A stretch of 63,063 nucleotides of DNA, filler included, from Octopus bimaculoides (GCF_001194135.2; 6 parts of 5 records of this genome joined end to end with filler, not necessarily neighbours in it), one strand, 5' to 3'; positions 15,037 through 28,044 are shown, counted from the whole stretch's first letter. The notes: a model not told the origin generated them from the sequence alone. Made by a program: numbers and translations.

Positions 15037-15384
15037 GTGAATACACACACATATATATGCACGTAATTATTAATATCACAAATGTACTACAACATAGATG
15101 TACGGCATATTTCTTTCTGAATGTGCTCAATTATATTTCCATGAGTACACATACATGCATGTGCATATACACTGTCTGAGTTATTATGAATTAGCACGTA
15201 TGTCAAACCACGTGTAATAATAGGTTGATCGGCAACCGGAAAAATATTTGATTACAAAATCAACATCATACATTGAGTACTATTTTTTCGTTTATACATT
15301 TGAAAATAAATGTGTTCCTGCGTATAAATGTTATTAATGTATCCATACATATATACGTATACGTTCATGTATTTGATACATACA

Positions 15385-15417
<33 letters not shown>

Positions 15418-15569
15418 NNNNNNNNNNNNNNNNNNNNNNNNNNNNNNNNNNNNNNNNNNNNNNNNNNNNNNNNNNNNNNNNNNNNNNNNNNNNNNNNNNN
15501 NNNNNNNNNNNNNNNNNNNNNNNNNNNNNNNNNNNNNNNNNNNNNNNNNNNNNNNNNNNNNNNNNNNNN

Positions 15570-15638
<69 letters not shown>

Positions 15639-15656
15639 TGTATAACGAAGTATATA

Positions 15657-16060
15657 GGCGTAGGAGTGGGTATGTGGTAAACTGCTTGTTTCCCAACCGC
15701 ATGATTACGAGTTTAGTCCCACTACGTGGAACCTTGTGCAAGCGTCTTCTAGCATACACTCGGGTCAAACAAAGAATTGTGACAAGATTTGGCAGACAGA
15801 AACGGAAAGAAGCCCGTCACATATATATATGTGTGTGTGGGGGAGTGTCTATGTATATGTCTGTGTTTGGTCACACCACCATTACTTGACAACTGATGAG
15901 GGTGTGTTTACGTCCCCGTAACCTAGCGTTTCGCCAAAAGATGCCGATAGAATAAGTACTAGTCTTACAATGAATAAGTTCTGGGGGTTCATTCGATTCG
16001 TTTGACGAAAAGCGTTGCCCCAGCATGGCCGCAGTCAAATGACTGAAAGGAGTGAAAGAA
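15657..16060 (+). mobile_element. SINE family B, full length (tRNA-like head, internal AT/GT microsatellite, conserved tail)
   Basis: Head GGAGTGGGTATGTGGTAAA..., core ACCTTGTGCAAGCGTCTTCT...GAAACGGAAAGAAGCCCGTC, tail CCAGCATGGCCGCAGTCAAATGACTGAAA; homologous copies occur throughout the window. Confidence 0.85.
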
Positions 16061-16099
16061 TATATATATATATATATATGTATATATATNNNNNNNNNN

Positions 16100-16135
<36 letters not shown>

Positions 16136-17992
16136 GTCTGTGTGTGCTTTGTGTTTGTGTGTATGTGTGTGTACGTGTGTGTGTGTTCACATGTGTGTAT
16201 GTGTATATGTTGTGTATGTGTCTATACTTATATTTCTATAGACATGTATATTGTTAATGAAACCAGAATCCAACTGCAGGTTGTCTGCTTGGGCAAGACT
16301 GGAATTATTTGGTAATAGGGAGAGAAACACTACAGTAAAATTGCACCAAGAATAGGGCACCAAACTGTTCAGATATAGTTCTTCTTCAGGGTTAAGACGC
16401 CCAGAAAGAAAAAAATGAAATGGTTACTATTAAGCCATATTTTCTACAGTCATTAAGCGAAGTATCAAGCTATTTAAATTCCACCTGCCCGACTTCTTTT
16501 GGGAGGAGGTTAGGTATTGATGTCCATGTTGGTTGAGATAATCATTTTGTTACCACTAATCACGTAACATTTTCACAGTCGGAATGGTCTAAAATCTCTT
16601 GCAGCAGCTCTGATTCAATTTTTCATGGTAAATTTTATTAGTTGCACCAACTAAGCGTAATGTAGATATGTCTTCTCTGAATCTTGGGGGTAATGGTAAT
16701 CTGGACAATTTTAACGTAAATAACTATTCAACCAATAACAAATTATGTGTGCTAGTCAATGAAACAAATATTGTTCTCTAAATTAAACTGTCTTGCCCCA
16801 GTTCAACCAAAAATAGATGATTTGCGCTTATCAATTAAACAAATATGACATTGTGAGTTATTTATGAAGATGTAATTCGAATGATCATTGGCTTCGAATA
16901 AACGAAACCCAACGGCAATGGCGCAGATCATTAGTTTTTGTAGACAACCAACCACCGCTTTGTTTATGTGAATAGTCAAGCGTTATGAATTAATTTTGTT
17001 TTCCTGATTGGAATTCTTTTATATGAAATAAAATCTATTTATAAGCTTTGTTACCCAAGAAAATATATTTTCTACTAAATCTGCTGATCGATTATATAAG
17101 ATGGGTTTTTGCAGTTCATTTTACGGATCACAATGGTCCTTGAAGCATCCCTTGTTAGAAGCGTAGTCCATGACATTAAAATTATAAGCTCATACTCTAT
17201 AAAGTTTAGTTTGTTTCTGAAAAAGTGAAATTCACTTAATAAGGCGTTAAATTTGTTGTTAATTAATTACCTCATCAAAATGTAAACTCTGACTGTTTGG
17301 TCACAAAATACTGTCCGAAATATCGTATATGTTTTTCATAGTCAAAATAGGGCAATTATATCAAAGTGTTTGTAATATAGACAATATTATTGAAATATAG
17401 TTTATAGTACAAACAGGCATGATTGAGAATGTAAGAAGCCAGATTTCTAACTACGTGCTTTCAGGTGCAGTCACACAGAAGTGCACCATGGGAAAGTGGC
17501 TTGTAGTAAAACCCCGAGACCAATGTCTTCTGTGTAAATTTAGTAGACTTTAAAATCTTGTCGAAGCCTATATATATGTACACTCACAAACACACTTACG
17601 CACACACACACACACACATAATTAACTGTAACTTAATAGAAAGGGGTGTTCCTCGAGGATCCGTTGTTGTTGTGCATTTAGAAGACTATTGCGGGGCTCC
17701 AAGCAACCTTAATTGTGAAATGCGCGTAGGAACTACTATATAAACCTCGGGCCGACCAAATTCTTATGAGTGGATTTGGTAGGCTGGAACTGGAAGACAC
17801 CTGTCGTATATATATCGTTCAAATTTACAAAAAAAAAAAAAAAAAAAAAGACGAAGACAGGTGTAGGAACAACAAACAGGTGTATTAGTTTAACGGTCGG
17901 GAGAAACGGAAATATTTTTTTACATTTAGAGACTAAGAAAGGAATAAGAGGAAAAAATGGAGAGAGAAAAACTTTGTAGAGTTCAGCGGCCC

Positions 17993-18064
<72 letters not shown>

Positions 18065-18159
18065 AAACAAATAGTAAATGAGTATATGCATATACACGTA
18101 CAGGTATGTGCATACCGACATCCACCTGTATGTATAGGTGCATATCTGGGTACAGGACA

Positions 18160-18390
18160 TTGCAAACAAAACGTAGACGAGAAAACACACAAGCCACATA
18201 GAGAACATTCTACTTCATCAGCTACCCACGTTTTAACACCGGCGTTTCGAAGAGCTTGGGCAGGACGCATCGTTAAAAGGGCTCATCCCATGGACCGCAG
18301 ATTAAATTTGTATACGCAAATTAAATCTTGCCATGGAGGAATGTAGTGGAGGACAAAAAACAAGACAGGAAAACAAACAGAAAAGGCTAG
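18160..18390 (-). mobile_element. Penelope-like terminal fragment with hammerhead-like motifs
   Basis: Minus strand CTCTTCGAAACGCC-N19-CTGATGAAG plus T-rich tail; same layout as 100-370. Confidence 0.45.
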
Positions 18391-18429
18391 AGACACCCAC
18401 ATATGTATTTACATATATATGTATATATA

Positions 18430-18645
18430 TGTTTGTGTTTCTGTGCCTATGTTTCTTACCCACCACCGCTTTACAACTGTTGTTGGTGTGATAATATCCG
18501 CGTGACTTAGTTGTTTGTCAAAAAAGGCCGGTAGAATAAGTAATAGGATTCACAAAATAAGGCTTGGGGTCGATTTTTTTGACAAATCTTTCAACGCAGT
18601 GCCACAAATTGGCTACATTCCAACGACTTGAAAGTAAAACGATTG
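18430..18645 (+). mobile_element. SINE family B, 3' half
   Basis: CCACCACCGCTTTACAAC...TAGAATAAGTA...TGGGGTCGATT matches the family B tail. Confidence 0.7.
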
Positions 18646-18984
18646 TATAGTATCTGTTAGATTCATTATGATACATTAGAAATATTTAATAATGTATAAT
18701 TGAGCGATATATCTTACTTTAGTCAGAATAGTTATTTCTGCAATTTTAACTGATTTCAAATGTATTTCTTTAAATTATATTTCACTTAGCTTCTTCCTAA
18801 TGTCACGTATAATTAACCTTTTAGTAATTATTGTATCGTGTTGTTACTTAATCAATCAAAGATTTCCCAAACATCTTTTGCCTCACATTCAGTCAAGATG
18901 TAAGTTAAACACTAACGACAATAGAAATAGTTGCAAATATAAGCGACATTATATAAACATATCTGGAGAGTTGTAATTAGTTTC

Positions 18985-19213
18985 AATCTTTGGCCCAAGA
19001 CCAGCAATTTTAGTTGTTGTTGTTGTTGTTGATGTGGTGGTGGTGGTAGGGAAGTCAATTACATCGACCTCAATGCTCGACGTCAATGTCATCGACCTCG
19101 GAAGGATGACAGACAAAATTAAACTCGGCGGAATTTGAACTAAGAGCGTGTCACGATCGAGATGTTGCTATGCATTTTGCGCTGAGTGCTGGCAATTCTG
19201 CCAACTGGCTCCC
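18985..19213 (-). mobile_element. SINE family A
   Basis: CTCGGCGGAATTTGAACT and TTCTGCCAACT match the 33180-33381 copy; a GTT/GTG microsatellite sits inside the tail. Confidence 0.7.
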
Positions 19214-19609
19214 TTTTGGCGAGTAATATTTAAGGTATTTCATATACTGTGTAACCCCAATGATATTTCTCAGATATATAAATTGATTGACGTAAATAGT
19301 ATGACTACAAAGGGAGTAAACTGCAAAGGAAGTCATAATTCTTCATACTGATAAGCAAAAAGCTTGATCTTTTCAGGAAAGGCCTCGTCGAATACTCAAC
19401 TGTTATTCATTTCATCGACTGCGAAAGGCAAAGACCCAATGTCTGCAGACTTTCAACTCAGATTGTGAAGCCAGGAGAAATGCCACTATATATTTTGTCC
19501 GGCGTGCAAACTTGTCTTCCCCCTCGCCATTTTTAGTAATTCTAAATGTTGGACTTACACATACCACTCAAACATATACATACACCCCCCCCCCACATAT
19601 ATATATACA

Positions 19610-19643
<34 letters not shown>

Positions 19644-19973
19644 CATATACATATATATATATGTGTATATGTATATGCATATATGTATATATNNNNNNNN
19701 NNNNNNNNNNNNNNNNNNNNNNNNNNNNNNNNNNNNNNNNNNNNNNNNNNNNNNNNNNNNNNNNNNNNNNNNNNNNNNNNNNNNNNNNNNNNNNNNNNNN
19801 NNNNNNNNNNNNNNNNNNNNNNNNNNNNNNNNNNNNNNNNNNNNNNNNNNNNNNNNNNNNNNNNNNNNNNNNNNNNNNNNNNNNNNNNNNNNNNNNNNNN
19901 NNNNNNNNNNNNNNNNNNNNNNNNNNNNNNNNNNNNNNNNNNNNNNNNNNNNNNNNNNNNNNNNNNNNNNNNN

Positions 19974-20048
<75 letters not shown>

Positions 20049-20883
20049 ACGTATGTATGTATACGTTAGGATGTAACGTGCTATCGTCTGACGAAGTGAC
20101 AATATCACAATTAAAACAACTTGAAGATATATCTGTTATGCACGTGCAGAATTATGGAAGAGTGAAATGTCTGCTAGGGATGTGACTGAATAGAATTGAA
20201 CGTGAGAATGGTGTAGACGTTTTTCAGAATGTAAAATGTAATTGCAAGATTGAAAAACAAATAAAAAATAAACACAGAATGAAAGAAAGAAACAAAATAA
20301 ATTAAACAAAATGTAATGAAAAAGAATGCTATAAAACTAATTCAAATGAAATGAAATTATATGAGATGCATAAACAAATATACGTATAGACCCATGATTC
20401 AGACGATGAATTATTGTTATATACTAATATGCAAAATTGATTGCAACGTGCTTCTTTGGGTTTTACGGAAAACTGTTGAGGATGCTTCAATTGATTGACT
20501 TACAACACCATCAATAGTTGGTATCTGGTATATTTGGTATGGAAGGTTGTTTCTTAATCATTTAAGAAGTATGTTTGAGTTCTAATGGAAGTGGATTTAA
20601 ATGAAAATTCCAATATTAATATTGCTAAGTGAAATTTGTTGATATTAAAATTTGAAATTGCAGATCCAAGGCAATGAATTTGGGACTTAAAAATCGAAGG
20701 TAACAGAACTTTTAACAATTCGACACCCATTAAAGATAATTCTCACCCACATTTGTACACATAAGCAAGTGCATTTTATTGATTTTTAATATTTACATGA
20801 TAAAAATTATCAAATACTATTGGACTATCCAATATCATTTACATTCAAGGGAATTATTCATATACATATGTATGTGTATATGA

Positions 20884-20897
20884 ATCTATCTATCTAC

Positions 20898-20972
<75 letters not shown>
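20884..20972. repeat. (TATC)n microsatellite
   Basis: Direct ATCT array. Confidence 0.95.
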
Positions 20973-21445
20973 CGTTTATCCTCCTTTCATTCTCTCTCCG
21001 TATATGTATATACCTACCTACCTACCTACCTACCTACATACATACATACATACATATCTACCTACTTACATACATACATGCATACATACATACAGGCATA
21101 CATACATTCATACATACATACATACCATATATACATGTATATATATATATATATATATACANNNNNNNNNNNNNNNNNNNNNNNNNNNNNNNNNNNNNNN
21201 NNNNNNNNNNNNNNNNNNNNNNNNNNNNNNNNNNNNNNNNNNNNNNNNNNNNNNNNNNNNNNNNNNNNNNNNNNNNNNNNNNNNNNNNNNNNNNNNNNNN
21301 NNNNNNNNNNNNNNNNNNNNNNNNNNNNNNNNNNNNNNNNNNNNNNNNNNNNNNNNNNNNNNNNNNNNNNNNNNNNNNNNNNNNNNNNNNNNNNNNNNNN
21401 NNNNNNNNNNNNNNNNNNNNNNNNNNNNNNNNNNNNNNNNNNNNN

Positions 21446-21476
<31 letters not shown>

Positions 21477-22212
21477 CACACATACTTACAGGCAATTACT
21501 GGGATAAAGAAATTAAATATAATAAATAAAATTAAATATACATGAAAACGAGACAAAGAAAAGAATGAAGACAATGGATATTTATATTAATAGATGAAAA
21601 GTACCCCATACATACGCCAAAGAAAATTATTGGTGAAGAAGTAAGGTAGTATAAGCTTCTGGGAGCTCGGAAATCAATCATAATCTTGGTAGATGCAATA
21701 CATCACAGTACGAAAGTCGTAATAGAAGCAATTAGTTTTGGATAAATTGACCTTCCGTCATCAGGGTAGAGAAGATGTAAGATTTCAGATCATGATACAG
21801 AAGATTTCAAAGGTGGAATGAATAAATGTGGAGAGCAAGCGGTATTAGAGGAAGGATCGGTAGGTTATGGGGAGTGAAACAGGGAATGGTGAGAGGAGAA
21901 ATGTGAGTTGACAAAGTCACCAACTGCACTGCTTGCAATATCAAAGGTGAGTTGGTAGTAAATTTCAAGGAGATGTCCGAACATCTTCCCAAAGAGACAA
22001 CGATGAAAGAATGTGATAATTTCTGGGGCCATCTTGACGCCGTAGTGGGTAAATTTTTATCTCGCAACCATAAACTAGTTGTTTTTTACTTTTATTTCTT
22101 TAACAATAGATTCTTTTTGGGATGCGATATAGTCGTTTCATTTTATTTTATGCACACTGTCGAATTTACCAATCTACCTCGAACGCCCTGAATGCATAAA
22201 TACGTAAATACA

Positions 22213-22245
<33 letters not shown>

Positions 22246-22379
22246 GGATAGATGTATACATGTGTATAAGTATTTGTATGCACACACGCATATATGTATA
22301 CGTTTATACACATATATGTATACATATATATGCGTGTGTGTGTGTGTTTATTTATTATGCGTATATATATATGTGTATA

Positions 22380-22920
22380 TTAGGATCACCGAAAACTAAT
22401 GCCGCATTTTGAATAATGACTTAATGTCAGCATAAATATCTTTATTCTTCCCAAGTATAATCGGCGTCGTTAGCAATAGCGTTTTTCAACCTCGAAACCA
22501 GTTTTCAGATTCCTCGACAAACAAACAACAAAAAAGTAAAAGAATAAAAACTTTCTTTCGAAGAAAAATTTGTTTTGGAATGTTGCTTCGATATTTTTCA
22601 TGCTTTTGAACTTTTTTTTCCACTCACAAAGTGAACAAGTGACCTGAATATGTGAGTATCTGAACATGTTATGTCTGGTGAGCAGATAGAGTGAAACAGA
22701 GCTCCGTTCTGCAGCCTAAAGGATTTAGCCTTTCTTGGCTTATCTTTACTGAGTGTGGTCTTGCATTAACAGGTCTTTGTATCACACCGTTTCTCTTGAG
22801 TAAAGCTGGCTCTTTCCCTTTTTTTTCTTCAGTAAAACTTGATTGATCCGTTCAAGTTGTTGATAATAAAGTTCTGCGGTCATGCTTCTCCCTTGATCCA
22901 ATGAGTCCAAGTGAACAATA
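22380..22920 (-). mobile_element. Mariner transposon 3' half, transposase pseudogene with terminal TIR
   Basis: Minus-strand GIVHLDSLDQGRSMTAELYYQQLERI, VNARPHS, CSPDITCSDTHIFRSLVHF (cf. YSPDLAPSDYHLFRSL). TIR TTAGGATCACCGAAAACTAATGCCGC follows a TA. Confidence 0.8.
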
Positions 22921-22921
22921 C

Positions 22922-23173
22922 CTCTTTTACTCTTGTACTTGTTTCAGTCCTTTGACTGTGGCCATGCTGGAGTACCGCCTTTAGTCGAGAAAATCGACCC
23001 CAGGACTTATTTTTGTAAGCCTAGTACTTATTGTATCGGTCTTTCTTGCCGGACCGCTTAGTTACGGAAATGTAAACACACCAGCATCGGTTGTCAAGTG
23101 ATGTTGAGCGGGGGGACAAACACAGACNNNNNNNNNNAAACATGTGGTTCGTAAGCAAGCTACTTACCACACA
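22922..23173 (-). mobile_element. SINE family B (with 10-N gap), abutting the mariner relic
   Basis: TTTGACTGTGGCCATGCTGG...ATCGACCCCAGGAC...GGTTGTCAAG is the reverse complement of the family B tail; a head fragment follows the gap. Confidence 0.8.
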
Positions 23174-24180
23174 GAGTAAAAATCTTCATAGGGGTCTTGA
23201 TTTGAATTGGGTGTTGCAACTTCTTACGATTCTTGCAGACTAGATTATCCATGTCTCATCACCTATTTCTGACTCGGGCATGGACTGGCGAATAAAGTGA
23301 TCGTCGAAACGGATACGCTGCAGTATTTTCCCCAGTTCCTTGCATACAGAGTTCGTATCCCACCTATCTAGATTGAGTTTGACAGGACTATATCAATCGT
23401 CTGCTTTAAAGCCACCCTTTCGCCGTTGGTATTTTAGCGGAGTCTGTTCTATTGCAACCATCTGGATTACGTCTCCGGTTCATGATTATTTTCCTGTTAT
23501 CCCTCTTACTAGTCTGCGAGACGCTAAAAAATGTTACAAGTACTACACTTCTCTCCTGAGTTCCCCATAATAAACTGTGTTCTACCCATAAGCATAAATG
23601 TGTTTCTAGATTTTGTTTGTATGTAAGGGTTGTGTGTCTTTGTATTTTCTTTATGAATGTTCAACAAATTTCGCACAGGGAGATCGCAGCTCAAATTATA
23701 CTTCTATATATACAGCAGTTTTACCTTTGTGTCTACATCCATGTTAGGAAACACACGAACGTTAGACAATCGTGTAATCCAATTTTCTGTATGCAAGATC
23801 GTGTGTTGTTCATTTGAAACGATTCATAAAATCTATATGCGCACATGAATCCATATATGTAACAAAAATGTTTTGTCTTTGGAACAATGGAATATATTTC
23901 CAGTTGTTTTCTATGCTTTCCTTCATTACAATTCAAAACTCTCTCTCTCCAATCTAACTTCAAAATTTACCATTGCTTTACCAATTACTGGCATTAGTGA
24001 TGCTGTTGCTGATGACGTTGTTCCTGTTTGTTTTTCCCAATACAGATACACATATTCATACACAGACGCACTCAAGTACAAACATACATGCATACATACA
24101 TACACATATGCATTCATAAATACATACATATATAGATATACATATATATATAACTATATATATATATATATATATATATA

Positions 24181-24280
24181 NNNNNNNNNNNNNNNNNNNN
24201 NNNNNNNNNNNNNNNNNNNNNNNNTTAATTAATTAANNNNNNNNNNNNNNNNNNNNNNNNNNNNNNNNNNNNNNNNNNNN
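24181..24280. other. Artificial scaffold-join spacer
   Basis: 44 N + TTAATTAATTAA (24225-24236) + 44 N; the motif gives stops in all six frames. Confidence 0.92.
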
Positions 24281-24475
24281 GAACCCCGGTCGAGAACCAA
24301 TGGCGTAGACTGGATGTTGAATAATCCTGTATGTGGAAAGCTCGAGAGGAATGGCGATAGGCCATCATTTCTAGAGGTGAGAAGGTTATGAGAGGTGATA
24401 TCAAGCAGGACGTTAAATGTATTGGAGGAAAAGAATGGGTGACATGGCAGGACCTTGACGCAGATCTGAGATGAA
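24281..24475 (-). mobile_element. LINE reverse transcriptase fragment
   Basis: Minus-strand DLRQGPAMSPILF (cf. G.RQG..LSP.LF) and a later VYAIG (degenerate YADD); frameshifted. Confidence 0.5.
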
Positions 24476-24506
24476 AGTGAGAGAGAGAGGGGGGAGAGAG
24501 AGAGAG

Positions 24507-24558
<52 letters not shown>

Positions 24559-24914
24559 ACTATCGTTGTATGTTGTGAGAGTGTGATCTAATGGAAAGCT
24601 TTCGATCCAAAACACGAGAATCGAAGGAGATTCATTTACAGATCCGTAGATGGATATATTGATATGCAAAGAATTCACAACGACCCACAAGAGTAAACAA
24701 GAGAGACAGAAACAGGAAGAAACAAGGAAAACACCCCTTGTATTTGAATACTATGCAAATATTCTTTTAAAATACTTTTCATTTAATTTTTCCAAAATGT
24801 AATTGTTTTCCATACTTACAGTTGAAAAAGTCTCAATGACCGAAAGGGTACTGAAATGCTTTTTATAAAATCATTTTAGCATTTTCTACCTTGACATTCT
24901 TTTCCATATATCTG

Positions 24915-24959
<45 letters not shown>

Positions 24960-25818
24960 NNNNNNNNNNNNNNNNNNNNNNNNNNNNNNNNNNNNNNNNN
25001 NNNNNNNNNNNNNNNNNNNNNNNNNNNNNNNNNNNNNNNNNNNNNNNNNNNNNNNNNNNNNNNNNNNNNNNNNNNNNNNNNNNNNNNNNNNNNNNNNNNN
25101 NNNNNNNNNNNNNNNNNNNNNNNNNNNNNNNNNNNNNNNNNNNNNNNNNNNNNNNNNNNNNNNNNNNNNNNNNNNNNNNNNNNNNNNNNNNNNNNNNNNN
25201 NNNNNNNNNNNNNNNNNNNNNNNNNNNNNNNNNNNNNNNNNNNNNNNNNNNNNNNNNNNNNNNNNNNNNNNNNNNNNNNNNNNNNNNNNNNNNNNNNNNN
25301 NNNNNNNNNNNNNNNNNNNNNNNNNNNNNNNNNNNNNNNNNNNNNNNNNNNNNNNNNNNNNNNNNNNNNNNNNNNNNNNNNNNNNNNNNNNNNNNNNNNN
25401 NNNNNNNNNNNNNNNNNNNNNNNNNNNNNNNNNNNNNNNNNNNNNNNNNNNNNNNNNNNNNNNNNNNNNNNNNNNNNNNNNNNNNNNNNNNNNNNNNNNN
25501 NNNNNNNNNNNNNNNNNNNNNNNNNNNNNNNNNNNNNNNNNNNNNNNNNNNNNNNNNNNNNNNNNNNNNNNNNNNNNNNNNNNNNNNNNNNNNNNNNNNN
25601 NNNNNNNNNNNNNNNNNNNNNNNNNNNNNNNNNNNNNNNNNNNNNNNNNNNNNNNNNNNNNNNNNNNNNNNNNNNNNNNNNNNNNNNNNNNNNNNNNNNN
25701 NNNNNNNNNNNNNNNNNNNNNNNNNNNNNNNNNNNNNNNNNNNNNNNNNNNNNNNNNNNNNNNNNNNNNNNNNNNNNNNNNNNNNNNNNNNNNNNNNNNA
25801 CATATATATACAAAATTA

Positions 25819-26054
25819 CAGTAATCCCACGCCATATCACGGTTCACTTATCGCGGTTCACCTATCGCGGTTTATTATTGAAGCTTACGTCGATTCCTCC
25901 GTGGTGTTGTTTTGCATTTATAATAAAATAAATATACACAAATTATAAAAATAATAACAATAAATATACAGTACAGTACTGTTTCTACTTCGCGGATTTT
26001 TACCTATCGTGGGGGTTTTGGAACGTAACAACCGCGATAGTCGAGGGGTTACTG
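25819..26054. mobile_element. Tigger/pogo-type MITE
   Basis: TA-CAGTAATCCCACGCCATATCACGG ... CCGCGATAGTCGAGGGGTTACTG-TA: imperfect TIRs with a TA TSD. Confidence 0.85.
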
Positions 26055-26129
26055 TATAGCCATAGACAGAATAGACATTTACAATTGCACACCCGCAAGC
26101 TCACGCGCGCGCGCGTAACATCTTTTTTC

Positions 26130-26325
26130 TTTTCTTTTATCTATCATTTGTTTCTCTCATTGGACTGCGGCACAGGCTTAAAGGGTTTTTAGTCGAACAA
26201 ATCGACCCTAGTATTTATTTTTTAAAAAAACCCCAAAAACCTGGTAAATGTCCTGTGAATCTCTTTTTGCCGAACCTCTAAGTCAAGGGGACCTAAACAA
26301 GCCAACACCATTATACACATAAACA
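26130..26325 (-). mobile_element. SINE family B, 3' half
   Basis: GACTGCGGC...TTAGTCGAACAAATCGACCC...TTTTGCCGAACC is the reverse complement of the tail. Confidence 0.65.
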
Positions 26326-26551
26326 CAATATATGTGCATGTGTATGTTTATTTGGGTGTATACAGGTGTCGGTTTGTTTACATCCCCATGTGTGTGTAGG
26401 TGACCGTGACCTCGAAGTATCACCAGTGTCGGCTTATTCAAACTTAGTTCCAATAAGCAGTCACCAGTGAACACTAGCGTAGCTAGGGTAGGTAGAGGGC
26501 AGTCCGCCCCCGGGCGGCACTTTTGGGTTTGAAGCAATTTGTGTTTCTAAC

Positions 26552-26652
26552 AGCGTGGCACCTTGGGCAAGTGTCTTCTACTATAGCCTCGGGTCGACCA
26601 AAGCCTTGTGACTGGATTTGGTAGACGGAAACTGAAAGAAGCCCGTCGTATA
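26552..26652 (+). mobile_element. SINE family B, core fragment
   Basis: GCGTGGCACCTTGGGCAAGTGTCTTCTACTATAGCCTCGGG...GAAACTGAAAGAAGCCCGTCG. Confidence 0.8.
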
Positions 26653-27302
26653 TATGTATATGTATATATATAAGGATAAGCATATTAAAAGGGGTCCGTG
26701 GGAAAACTCATTTAAATAAAANNNNNNNNNNNNNNNNNNNNNNNNNNNNNNNNNNNNNNNNNNNNNNNNNNNNNNNNNNNNNNNNNNNNNNNNNNNNNNN
26801 NNNNNNNNNNNNNNNNNNNNNNNNNNNNNNNNNNNNNNNNNNNNNNNNNNNNNNNNNNNNNNNNNNNNNNNNNNNNNNNNNNNNNNNNNNNNNNNNNNNN
26901 NNNNNNNNNNNNNNNNNNNNNNNNNNNNNNNNNNNNNNNNNNNNNNNNNNNNNNNNNNNNNNNNNNNNNNNNNNNNNNNNNNNNNNNNNNNNNNNNNNNN
27001 NNNNNNNNNNNNNNNNNNNNNNNNNNNNNNNNNNNNNNNNNNNNNNNNNNNNNNNNNNNNNNNNNNNNNNNNNNNNNNNNNNNNNNNNNNNNNNNNNNNN
27101 NNNNNNNNNNNNNNNNNNNNNNNNNNNNNNNNNNNNNNNNNNNNNNNNNNNNNNNNNNNNNNNNNNNNNNNNNNNNNNNNNNNNNNNNNNNNNNNNNNNN
27201 NNNNNNNNNNNNNNNNNNNNNNNNNNNNNNNNNNNNNNNNNNNNNNNNNNNNNNNNNNNNCACGGACCCCTTTTAATATGCTTATCCTTATATATATACA
27301 TA

Positions 27303-27431
27303 CAGGGTGTCCACAAAGTCTGGGGTACATGGGGATTGACACATACTTTAAGAAATTATTATTTCTTATATTTAATTGTTTATTGTTATGATTTTATTTA
27401 CTCCATGTACCCAGACTTTGTGGACACCCTG
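27303..27431. mobile_element. Tc1/mariner-type MITE
   Basis: TA-CAGGGTGTCCACAAAGTCTGGG...CCCAGACTTTGTGGACACCCTG-TA: TIRs of about 30 bp and a TA TSD. Confidence 0.85.
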
Positions 27432-27454
27432 TATGTATATATATAAGGATAAGC

Positions 27455-27643
27455 ATATTAAAAGGGGTCCGTGGGAAAACTCATTTAAATAAAAAGAGTC
27501 CTTGGTAGGGGAAAAGGGTGGAGGTAAAGAATACGCACACCACCCGTTTGCGGTGTAACCCGAACTCTAACCCTAACCCTAAACGCCGAAACGGGTGGTG
27601 TGTGCATTCTTTAACTTCGCCGTGAAAAGGTTGGGAACCACTG
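27455..27643. mobile_element. hAT/Charlie-like MITE right portion, interrupted by the 27517-27621 insertion
   Basis: Ends AGGTTGGGAACCACTG, the reverse complement of the CAGTGGTTCCCAACCT TIR seen at 39296. Confidence 0.5.
27517..27621. mobile_element. Short MITE with GG...CC termini and internal (TAACCC) repeats
   Basis: 33-bp imperfect TIRs (GGTGGAGGTAAAGAATACGCACACCACCCGTTT / AAACGGGTGGTGTGTGCATTCTTTAACTTCGCC); flanks GGGAAAAG / GTGAAAAG give a 7/8 match to an 8-bp TSD. Confidence 0.8.
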
Positions 27644-27655
27644 GCATAGATATAT

Positions 27656-27694
<39 letters not shown>

Positions 27695-27907
27695 TATGTA
27701 TACACACACTTATAGGTATATGTGTGTGTGTATGAGTGCGTCTGTGTGTACTTGTGTGTCTGTGTCTGTGCGTGTGGTTGGGGTAGGAGACTATAAACAC
27801 AGGATAAGATGATAAAGTGAGAGAATAAGAGAGAAAGGGAAGGAGAGAGAGAGAGGGAGGGGTAAGAGAGGGAGATAAACAGACGGAGAGAGAGAGAGAG
27901 AAGTGAA

Positions 27908-27938
<31 letters not shown>

Positions 27939-28044
27939 AGAATGAAGATAGGTTGGTAATTAACGAAAAGAGACGTAAAAATTACAAATAATAGTAATAT
28001 CAACAACAACAACAACAACAACGAAGAAAACGTGGTCGACTTAC

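Noticed and set aside
24863-25948. Long ORFs in the supplied track (also 19512-20185, 20820-21574, 26581-27342, 35411-36187, 55966-56885)
   Set aside because: They are open only because of N runs and YI/HT/CV microsatellite translation.
27261-27473. Giant palindrome whose arms extend about 40 nt beyond the MITE TIRs into flanking DNA
   Set aside because: The left arm starts right at a long N gap and the same flank also appears at about 26660-26721. This is most likely mis-assembly through the palindromic MITE, not a real fold-back.
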